A stretch of 64,000 nucleotides of DNA from contig JALSJE010000067.1 of the NCBI GenBank assembly GCA_026989495.1, positions 282 to 64,281 on the forward strand, given 5' to 3'. Shown here one piece after another: positions 26,811 through 34,396 of this stretch. This stretch comes from Gammaproteobacteria bacterium. Lineage in GTDB: Bacteria; Pseudomonadota; Gammaproteobacteria; S144-34. The notes beneath the pieces were generated by a model. It searched no databases and was not told the DNA's origin. It saw nothing but the letters and a program-made list of their open reading frames with translations. Numbering within the stretch: the stretch's first letter is position 1; each line of letters begins with the position of its first letter. Made by a program: the position numbers and the translations under genes.

Positions 26811-27725
26811 GTGACGACGGACAACGACCGTCCCCATCCCCTCCTCGACGAGGACAAGCCGCGCCGGATCCAGGTGCGCCGGCGTGTGAGCGCCACGGAT
26901 CCGCGCACGGCCGCCGACTTCCTCGCGCTCTACTCGGGCCTGAGCAAGCGGCAGGTCAAGGAGGCCATGAGCAAGGGGGCGGCGTGGATCACCCGCGCCC
27001 GGCCCGGCAGCAGGCGCACCCGCCTGCGGCGCGCCAAGTCGCCGCTCACGCCCGGCGACTACGTGGAGCTCTACTACGACCCGCGCATCCTCGCGGTGGA
27101 ACCGCTTCCGGCGCGCTGCATCGCCGACCGCGAGGCCTACAGCGTGTGGTTCAAGCCGGCGGGCCTGCTCGCCGAGGGCACCAGCTACGGCGACCATGTC
27201 TCCATCCAGCGGCAGGTGGAGAAGGCCGTGGCCCCGAGGCGCAAGGTCCACCTGGTCCACCGCCTCGACCGCGAGGCGCAGGGGCTCATGGTCTTCGCCC
27301 ACACGCGCGCGGCCGCCGCCAGCCTCTCGCGGCAGTTCCAGGCCATGCAGGTGGACAAGGTCTACCTGGCGGTGGTGAAGGGCGACCTCGCTGCCGTCCA
27401 CGATCAGGAGGGCCGCATCGAGCTGCCGCTCGACGGGCAGCCCGCCATCACCGACTACGAGGTGCTGAGCTACGACCCAAGCGAGGACGCAAGCCTGGTG
27501 CGCGTGCGCATCGCCACCGGGCGGCTGCACCAGATCCGGCGCCACATGGAGGCGCTCGGCTTCCCGGTGATGGGCGATCCCCGCTACGGGCGCGGCAACA
27601 AGAACACGGCGGGCATGCGGCTCGCCGCCATGGGGCTGGGCTTCCGCGACCCCGTCACGGGCGAGCCTGTGCGCTTCGAGCTCGATCCCGCCGAGCTCGG
27701 CTTCGACCTGCCCGCCACCGGCTGA
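26811..27725 (+). CDS. RluA-family pseudouridine synthase
   Basis: GTG at 26811 preceded by AGGAGG. Catalytic HRLDREAQGLMVF motif and an S4-like N-terminus. The longer track start inside the repeat was rejected. Confidence 0.75.
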   Translation: MTTDNDRPHPLLDEDKPRRIQVRRRVSATDPRTAADFLALYSGLSKRQVKEAMSKGAAWITRARPGSRRTRLRRAKSPLTPGDYVELYYDPRILAVEPLPARCIADREAYSVWFKPAGLLAEGTSYGDHVSIQRQVEKAVAPRRKVHLVHRLDREAQGLMVFAHTRAAAASLSRQFQAMQVDKVYLAVVKGDLAAVHDQEGRIELPLDGQPAITDYEVLSYDPSEDASLVRVRIATGRLHQIRRHMEALGFPVMGDPRYGRGNKNTAGMRLAAMGLGFRDPVTGEPVRFELDPAELGFDLPATG

Positions 27726-27828
27726 CTGCCACCGTCCCGCTTCCCGAGGCGCAGGCCGTTCCCCCGCTCACGTGTGCCGCTTGCTTGACGATAGACACCC
27801 GATACGCTTTACTCCTCAGTAAAGCAAT

Positions 27829-27995
27829 TGGAAGGACTGAAAAATCACGATTTTTCAGCCCTTCCCCGCGGCCACGGACGGCCGCGGGACGGCCCATGCA
27901 CAGGGAAGTGCATGACGACACGTGAAAAATCGAAATGGACCGCGAAACACTATCGCGCTGATCGATCCGCGCAGCGGATCGATCAGCGTTTCCAA
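27829..27995 (+). repeat. 165-bp multi-hairpin intergenic repeat, copy C
   Basis: GGAAGGaCTGAAAAATCacGATTTTTCAGcCCTTCC, then CCGCGGCCacggacGGCCGCGG, CATGCACagggaagGTGCATG and the GATCGATC hairpin. Ends 24 nt before vapB-2. Confidence 0.8.
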
Positions 27996-28019
27996 TTCCG
28001 TCCACGAAGGCACACGGCC

Positions 28020-28250
28020 ATGCCCACCGCCCGCCTGAGCAGCAAGTCGCAGATCGTGATCCCGGCGGCCATCCGCAGGCGGCTGGGACTGTCCCCGGGC
28101 GATCTCCTGGAGATCAGCCAGGAAGGCGACAGGATCGTCCTGAGGAAGGTCCGGCGATCGGCGCTCGAGTCGCTGGAGCGGGTCGGCGGACCGCTCTGGC
28201 GTGGGTACGCGAACGAGCTGGTGCGTGCCCGGGACGAATGGGACGGCTGA
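28020..28250 (+). CDS. vapB: AbrB/MazE-type antitoxin (VapB-like), module 2
   Basis: 76 aa. MPTARLSSKSQIVIPAAIRRRLGLSPGDLLEI is a SpoVT/AbrB swapped-hairpin. Overlaps the PIN gene. Confidence 0.65.
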   Translation: MPTARLSSKSQIVIPAAIRRRLGLSPGDLLEISQEGDRIVLRKVRRSALESLERVGGPLWRGYANELVRARDEWDG

Positions 28251-28699
28251 CCCCTCCGGAGATCCCCGCCGGCTCCCTGGTGGGCATCGACACCGTCGCG
28301 TGGATCCACCTGCTGGAGCGCCACCCCGTGCACCACGGGACGGCGCATGCGTTCTTCGCCCGCCTGGAGGCGGGCGAGGTGCGTGGCGTGATCTCGACGC
28401 TGGTGCTGGCCGAGCTCCTGGTGCCAGCTTACCGGGATGGCGACCCGGAGCGTGCAGCCGAGCTGGTCCGGGTCCTCGAACGGTTTCCCAACCTCCACAT
28501 CGTGGGGCTCGACGGCGCCATCGCCGCCCGTGCCGCCGAGCTCCGGGCCCGCTATGGGCTGCGGACCCCGGACGCGATCCACTGCGCCACCGCCATCCGC
28601 TCCGGATGCGACGTGTTCCTCACGAACGACGCGAAGCTGCGCAGCGTCTCGCCGGAACTGTCCGTCTGCCTGTTCGAGGGAGAGACGCGGCCCGCATGA
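28238..28699 (+). CDS. vapC: PIN-domain toxin VapC, module 2
   Basis: 153 aa with GIDTVAWIHLLE...LVLAELL...FLTNDAKL (PIN acidic quartet). Confidence 0.7.
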   Translation: MGRLTPPEIPAGSLVGIDTVAWIHLLERHPVHHGTAHAFFARLEAGEVRGVISTLVLAELLVPAYRDGDPERAAELVRVLERFPNLHIVGLDGAIAARAAELRARYGLRTPDAIHCATAIRSGCDVFLTNDAKLRSVSPELSVCLFEGETRPA

Positions 28700-28786
28700 G
28701 CGGTGCATCCCCGCAGGCCTCGGTGCGGCGGCGGCCGGCGTCCCCGTGCGGCATCCCCGCCGCTTCCGCCAGGGGCGAGCCCCGGG

Positions 28787-30097
28787 CTACGGCACCCCGC
28801 GGACCGTGACCCGCAGGAAGTGGGTGGCGCAGGAGATGCACGGATCGTAGTTGCGCACCACCCGCTCGGCCGCGGCGCGCAGGGTGTCCGGGTCGCGGTC
28901 GAGGCCCAGCGCCTCCAGGCTCGCGCGCAGGTCCTGCTCGATGTGGGCCTGGTTCTGGCTCGTGGGCGGCACGATGCGCGCGGCGCGCACCGTGCCGTCG
29001 CCGGCGACCTCGTAGCGGTGCCAGAGCACCCCGCGCGGGGCTTCCGTCGCCCACACGGCCACACCTGCGCGCGGCGCGGGCTCGGCGAAGGGCCGCTCCG
29101 GCACCTCGTATCCGTCCAGCAGGTCGGCGGCTTCGGCCACCGCATGCAGCACCTCCACCGCCCGCACCACGATGGCGTCGTGCAGGCTGCGCACCGGCAG
29201 CGCAAGCCCCGTGCGCGCCAGGGCCGCGCGCGCCACGGGATGGAGCCGCTCGTGGTTCAGGTTGAGCCGCGCCACCGGCCCCGTGAGGTAGGGCGCGCCG
29301 TCCAGCAGGGCATGCAGCGCGGTCGAGTGCGGCACCTGCCGCTCGGCGACGTGACGCTCAAAGCCGTCGAAGGCGAAGGCGTGGCCCTCGGTGCTGGCGA
29401 GCCCGCCGTCGTTCATGGGGTATTCCTCCGGATGCCGCAGCGCGAGACAGCGCAGCGGCGGCGCGTCCGCGGGCGCGGCCGGGCGGTCGAGCGAGGCGGT
29501 CCAGGCCACCAGGGCCTCGGCCTCGGGCACGGCGTCGGCCAGGCGCGCGCGCAGGGCGGCGACCGCATCCGCCCCGGGGGCGGCGTGGAAGCCGCCCACG
29601 CGCACGCCCACGGGGTGCACCGAGCGCCCGCCGAAGAGCGCGATCAGGTCGTTGCCGAGCGCCTGCAACGCCAACCCCCGGCGCACGGCCTCGGGCGCCC
29701 GCCGCGAGAGCTCGACCACGCTGTCGCAGCCCAGGAAGTCCGGCGCCGCCAGCAGGTGGATGTGCAGGCTGTGGCTCTGGATCCACTCGCCGCAGTAGAG
29801 CACGCGCCGCATGCGCCGCACCCACGGCCCCGGATCGCAGCCGAACAAGGCCTCGAAGGCATGCACGGCGCTCATCTGGTAGGCCACGGGGCAGATGCCG
29901 CAGATGCGCGCCACGAGGTCCGGCACCTCCTCGAAGGTACGCCCTTCCAGCAGCCGCTCGAACAGGCGCGGGGGCTCGTAGATGCGCAGCCGCAGCGCAC
30001 GGATGCGGCCCGCGGCCACCCCGATCTCCAGCGCACCCTCCCCCTCCACGCGGGTGAGCGCCGGCACCTCGATATGCAGCTCGCGCTCATCGGCCAT
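28787..30097 (-). CDS. hyhL: [NiFe]-hydrogenase large (alpha) subunit, cytoplasmic group 3b-like (sulfhydrogenase type)
   Basis: 436 aa. N-terminal RICGICPVAY (L1 Ni-binding CxxC) and C-terminal DPCISCATH (L2 CxxC...H). Confidence 0.85.
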   Translation of the reverse strand: MADERELHIEVPALTRVEGEGALEIGVAAGRIRALRLRIYEPPRLFERLLEGRTFEEVPDLVARICGICPVAYQMSAVHAFEALFGCDPGPWVRRMRRVLYCGEWIQSHSLHIHLLAAPDFLGCDSVVELSRRAPEAVRRGLALQALGNDLIALFGGRSVHPVGVRVGGFHAAPGADAVAALRARLADAVPEAEALVAWTASLDRPAAPADAPPLRCLALRHPEEYPMNDGGLASTEGHAFAFDGFERHVAERQVPHSTALHALLDGAPYLTGPVARLNLNHERLHPVARAALARTGLALPVRSLHDAIVVRAVEVLHAVAEAADLLDGYEVPERPFAEPAPRAGVAVWATEAPRGVLWHRYEVAGDGTVRAARIVPPTSQNQAHIEQDLRASLEALGLDRDPDTLRAAAERVVRNYDPCISCATHFLRVTVRGVP

Positions 30098-30917
30098 CGC
30101 CGTCCTCCTCCCCGACCTGGCGCAGCGCCGCCTGCTGGAAGGCCGGCACGCCGGCGTGGATCGCGAGCAGCCGTCGGCGCACGGCCGCGGCGTCCAGCCC
30201 CAGCGCGCGCAGGCGCGCCGCCAGCGCGCCCGCCTCCGGCAGCTCCGAGGGGCCGAAGCAGCCGTAGCAGCCCCGGCCCAGACCCGGACACAGCGCCCCG
30301 CAGCCCGCCGCCGTCACGGGGCCCAGGCAGGGCTCGCCGCGCGACACCATCACGCAGGCGAGGCCTGCGCGCTTGCACTCGAGGCACAGCTTCTCGTGCC
30401 GGGGCGCCGGCAGGGCGCCGCGCAGGAGCGAGGCCACGGTCTCCGTCACGGCCCGGGTCGTGACGGGGCAGCCCGCGAGCTCCAGGTCCACGGCCACGTG
30501 CGCCCGCACGGGCGCGGACTCCGGCAGCACGTGCACCCGGTCCGGCTCCGGGTAGGTGCGCGCCACCCAGCCGCCGGCGTCGGCCAGGTTGCGCAGGGCC
30601 TGCACCCCGCCCGTGGTGGCGCAGGCGCCGATCGCCACCAGCACGCGCGCGCGCTCGCGCACGGCGCGGATGCGCTCGGCCTCCTCGGAGGTGCCGATGC
30701 TACCCTCGACGAAGGCCACGTCCACACGCGCGTCCGGATCGTCGAGCCCGGCCTCGAGGAAGTGGACGAGCTCCACCGCCTCGGCGAGCGCCAGCAACGC
30801 CGGCCCCGCGTTGAGGAAGGCGAGCTGGCAGCCGTCGCAGGAGCCGAACTTGTGCACCGCCACGCGCAGCCGCGCCGCGCCGTCGGAGAAACCAGCCCCC
30901 GGCTCCCGACGGTCCAT
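30087..30917 (-). CDS. hyhS: [NiFe]-hydrogenase small (delta) subunit, group 3b-like
   Basis: 276 aa. NuoB-like proximal cluster motif HKFGSCDGCQ plus further Cys clusters (CLECK...; CGALCPGLGRGCYGCFGP). Confidence 0.8.
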   Translation of the reverse strand: MDRREPGAGFSDGAARLRVAVHKFGSCDGCQLAFLNAGPALLALAEAVELVHFLEAGLDDPDARVDVAFVEGSIGTSEEAERIRAVRERARVLVAIGACATTGGVQALRNLADAGGWVARTYPEPDRVHVLPESAPVRAHVAVDLELAGCPVTTRAVTETVASLLRGALPAPRHEKLCLECKRAGLACVMVSRGEPCLGPVTAAGCGALCPGLGRGCYGCFGPSELPEAGALAARLRALGLDAAAVRRRLLAIHAGVPAFQQAALRQVGEEDGDGR

Positions 30918-30918
30918 C

Positions 30919-31753
30919 TCAGAACCCCCTCACGCCCAGCAGCGGGCGGATCCGGTCGTAGCGGAACACGGGCCCGTCGCGGCACACGAACCAGGGCCCG
31001 ATCTGGCAGTGCCCGCAGCGGCCCAGGGCGCACTGCATGTTGCGCTCCATGCTGAGGTGGATGGCCGCCGCGGGCACGCCCAGCGCCTCCAGCCGGCGCG
31101 CGGCCGCGATCATCATGGGCTCGGGCCCGCACATGAGCACGGTGCAGCGGCCGCGGTCGAAGCGGGCCCCCTCCAGCAGCTCCGTCACCGGACCCACGTT
31201 CCACGGCCAGTCGCCGCCGGCCACGTCCGCGGCGAGCAGCACCTGCACGTCGGGCTCGCGCGCCCAGGCCTCGTACTGCGCGCGCCAGATGAGGTCCTCG
31301 GCGTGCTTGACGCCCTGCATCACCACCAGCCGCCCGTAGTCCCGGCGGCGGTGCAGCACGTAGCGGACCGCCCCCACCACCGGGGCGCAGCCGAGGCCGC
31401 CTGCGAGCACCACCACGTCGCCGCCCCGGGCCGCCTCCAGCGGCCAGCCACGCCCGAAGGGCCCGCGCACGCCGAGACGCGCGCCCACGGGCAGCCGCGC
31501 GAGCGCCCGCGTGACGCGCCCCACCATGCGCACCGTGTGGCCGAGGAAGGTGTCGTGGTCCGGGTCGGAGGAGATGGAGATCGGCACCTCCCCCACCCCG
31601 GGCAGGTGGAGCATGTTGAACTGGCCCGGCGCGAAGCGGAAGGCCGCCTGCCGCGCCGGGTCCTCCAGCTCGAGGCGCAGGGTGACGATGGTGGGCGACT
31701 CCTGCACCCGCCCGGCCACGCGCGCGGGCACGGGAAGGTCGATGCCGGGCACG
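30919..31753 (-). CDS. hyhG: sulfhydrogenase gamma-like subunit (FNR-like FAD/NAD(P)H domain with C-terminal 2Fe-2S)
   Basis: In-frame part of ORF 30919..32463, GTG start at about 31753. RFAPGQFNML, GGLGCAPV and a C-terminal CALGRCGHCQ. Confidence 0.7.
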
Positions 31754-31756
31754 GGC

Positions 31757-32845
31757 TCAGGCGTCGCCAACGATCGCCTCCATCTCCTCGACGAGGTCGA
31801 TGGCCGCCGGGCACCAGGCGATGCAGCGCCCGCAGCCCACGCATCCGGAGCGGCCGTATTGCGCATGCCAGGCGCCGAGCTTGTGGGTGAGCCACTGGCG
31901 GTAGCGGCTGCGGGCGTCCGGCCGCAGCACGATGCCGTGGATATAGCTGTGGCCCTCGGTGAAACAGGAGCTCCAGCGGCGCACGCGCGCGCTGGAGCCG
32001 TCGAGCCCCGGCCGCTCCTCGGCGGCATGGCAGAAGCAGGTGGGGCAGACGGCGGTGCAGCTCCCGCAGGCGAGGCAGCGCTCACCCACCTGCGCCCAGC
32101 GCGGATGGTCCAGCCGCTCGAAGAGCCGCGCCTGCAGCGGGCCTTCCGGCAGCCGGCGGGTCTGGGCCGCTGCGGCCGCCGCCACCTCGGTGCGGGCCCG
32201 CTCGGCGGCGCCGGCCGGCGGGGCCTCCAGCGGCAGCGCCGCAAGGAGCCGCTCGCCCGCCGCGCCCGCCGCCTCCACCAGCCAGCCCTCCTCCAGCTCC
32301 CACAGGGCGAGGTCGTGGCCCTCGCGCGCCTCGGGCCCGTCCCCCGTGGAGGCGCAGAAGCAGGTCGCCGCCGGGTGGGTGCAGTGCACCGCCACCAGGA
32401 GCAGCCCCGACCGCCGCGCCGCGTACCAGGGATCCTCGCGACCCGGGCGCAGGAAGTGCGCATCCAGGAGGGCGAGGGCGGCGAGGTCGCAGGCGCGCAC
32501 GCCGATCACGGCCGTGGGCGGAGGCGCCTCGGGCGCCTGCGGCGCGGGCCGGCCGTCCGCGTCCGTGCGCCACAGGGTCTCCTCGGGGGCGAACAGGAGC
32601 GGCTTGAGCGCCTGGGGGCCGTTGGCCCAGGCGAAGGCGCGCCCTTCGCCCGTGCGCCGCAGGCGCCAGCGGCCCGCATCCGCCTCCACGCGCACACCCC
32701 AGGGGAGCGCGGCGGCCTCCCCGAGCGGGCCGTAGCGGATGATCCCGTCGGCGACCTGGGGGCCCACCACGCGGTAGCCGGCCTCGCGGAGCGTCGCGAG
32801 CAAGGCGTCGGCCCGCTGCAGGGGCAGCCATCCGGGCTCAGGCAC
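31757..32845 (-). CDS. hyhB: sulfhydrogenase beta-like subunit (4Fe-4S dicluster)
   Basis: 362 aa with CLACGSCTAVCPTCFC and CVGCGRCIAWCP ferredoxin-like motifs. Confidence 0.75.
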   Translation of the reverse strand: MPEPGWLPLQRADALLATLREAGYRVVGPQVADGIIRYGPLGEAAALPWGVRVEADAGRWRLRRTGEGRAFAWANGPQALKPLLFAPEETLWRTDADGRPAPQAPEAPPPTAVIGVRACDLAALALLDAHFLRPGREDPWYAARRSGLLLVAVHCTHPAATCFCASTGDGPEAREGHDLALWELEEGWLVEAAGAAGERLLAALPLEAPPAGAAERARTEVAAAAAAQTRRLPEGPLQARLFERLDHPRWAQVGERCLACGSCTAVCPTCFCHAAEERPGLDGSSARVRRWSSCFTEGHSYIHGIVLRPDARSRYRQWLTHKLGAWHAQYGRSGCVGCGRCIAWCPAAIDLVEEMEAIVGDA

Positions 32846-33362
32846 GGCCAGGGCCTCCTCCGCTCCGCCCCAGGCGGGCGAGCAGCTCGAGCACGCGGGC
32901 GGCGGCCCGGGCGGCCACCGCGTCCAGCCCGTCCGAGGCCGGCATGCCGGGCTCGCACCAGGCCGCGTCCACGCCGACGCCTAGCACATGCGCCGCGCGC
33001 AGGCGGCCCGCGGCCCGCGCCGTCTCCAGCACCTCGGCGAGCCCCACCCCGTGGCTCGACAGCGCCGCCGGTCCGCGCCGGAGCCGCTCGGGCGGAAGCT
33101 CCACGACCGCCCCCGCGGGAATGCCCTCGGCGGCGTCCACGACGACGGCCAGGACCGCGTCGGCGAGCCCCGGCAGGAGCGTGCCCGGCGCCCCGGCCCG
33201 CACGACGGGCACATCCGGGCGGCGGTCCGCGACGACCTCCACCACCCGCCACCCCACGACGTCGTCGCCGTGCGGGCTGCCCAGCCCCGCCACCAGCACG
33301 CCGGGGCGCCTGTCCGCCGCCGGCGCCGTGGGCGTGCCTCCGTTCCTCCCGTCTCCTGTCAC
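32838..33362 (-). CDS. hydrogenase maturation endopeptidase (HycI/HoxW family)
   Basis: 174 aa with VLVAGLGSPHGDDVVGW at the N-terminus. Lies between hyhB and hypE. Confidence 0.55.
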   Translation of the reverse strand: MTGDGRNGGTPTAPAADRRPGVLVAGLGSPHGDDVVGWRVVEVVADRRPDVPVVRAGAPGTLLPGLADAVLAVVVDAAEGIPAGAVVELPPERLRRGPAALSSHGVGLAEVLETARAAGRLRAAHVLGVGVDAAWCEPGMPASDGLDAVAARAAARVLELLARLGRSGGGPGRA

Positions 33363-33381
33363 ACGAGGCCCCTTCTCCCGC

Positions 33382-34392
33382 TCAGCAGATCCTCGGCAGG
33401 GGGTCGTCCTCGAGCTCCTCGAGGGCGCGCTCGCCCCCGAGGGCGGTCTCCAGCGCCACCGGCACGGCCTGCCCCGCCACCACCGTGCCGATGCAGGCCG
33501 CCTCGGCGCCCTCGGGCAGCGCTTGCCAGGCGGCGAGCGCCGCCTCGGCCGCCTCCGGCGCCGCCACCGCCACTACGCGCCCCTCGCAGGCCAGGTACAG
33601 GGGATCGTAGCCCAGCATCTCGCACACGGCGCGCACCGGCTCGCGCACGGGGATGGCGGCCTCCTCGAGCCGCACGCCGAGGCCGGTCGCGCGCGCGATC
33701 TCGTGGCAGACGGTGGCCAGCCCCCCGCGCGTGGGATCGCGCAGGAAACGGACACCGGGCAGCGCGCGCACCGCACGCGCAAGCGGCAGCACGCTCGCGC
33801 AGTCCGAGGCCAGGTCGCCGCGCAGGCCGAACTGCTCGCGCGCCAGCATCACCGCCACGCCGTGGTCGCCCACCGGCCCGCTCACCAGCACCCGGTCGCC
33901 GGGGCGGACAAGCGCGAGATCCAGGACGATCCCCGACGGACGCAGACCGAGTCCGGTCACCGTGAAGTAGAGGCCGCCCCCCTCGCCGCGGCGCACGACC
34001 TTGGTGTCGCCGGCGGCCACGCGCACGCCCGCCGCGCGCGCCGCCCGCGCGAAGGCGGCCACGTGCCGGCGCAGATCCTCGATCGCGAAGCCCTCCTCCA
34101 CCAGCACGCCCAGGGTCAGGTAGCGCGGATCGGCGCCGGCGACGGCGAGGTCGTTCACGGTGCCGTGGACGGCGAGGGCGCCGATGTCGCCGCCGGGGAA
34201 GCTCAGGGGCTGGACCGTGAAGCCGTCGGTGGTCACCACGAGCCCGCCCTCGCCCGGCCACGGAACCGCGGCCGCGTCCGCCCGGCTGTCCACCAGGAGC
34301 GCCCCCAGCTCCGCGGCGAAGACGGTCTCGATCAGCTCGCGCATGAGGCGGCCGCCGTTGCCGTGGGCGAGCCCGATGCGCGCCGCGTCCAC
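33382..34392 (-). CDS. hypE: hydrogenase maturation protein HypE
   Basis: AIR-synthase-like fold ending in the diagnostic PRIC C-terminus. The GTG start at 34392 (after the hypF stop) was chosen; the track ORF extends to 34491. Confidence 0.8.
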   Translation of the reverse strand: MDAARIGLAHGNGGRLMRELIETVFAAELGALLVDSRADAAAVPWPGEGGLVVTTDGFTVQPLSFPGGDIGALAVHGTVNDLAVAGADPRYLTLGVLVEEGFAIEDLRRHVAAFARAARAAGVRVAAGDTKVVRRGEGGGLYFTVTGLGLRPSGIVLDLALVRPGDRVLVSGPVGDHGVAVMLAREQFGLRGDLASDCASVLPLARAVRALPGVRFLRDPTRGGLATVCHEIARATGLGVRLEEAAIPVREPVRAVCEMLGYDPLYLACEGRVVAVAAPEAAEAALAAWQALPEGAEAACIGTVVAGQAVPVALETALGGERALEELEDDPLPRIC

Positions 34393-34396
34393 CGCC

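Noticed and set aside
19472-27925. ORFs starting MHFPVH... or containing ...DFSDRPRGQGRPRDGPCTGKCMTT... (19472..19810-, 19518..20804+, 25399..26613- N-terminus, 26378..27925+)
   Set aside because: The peptides are encoded by the 165-bp repeat itself and recur wherever the repeat occurs. They are extensions or artefacts, not genes.
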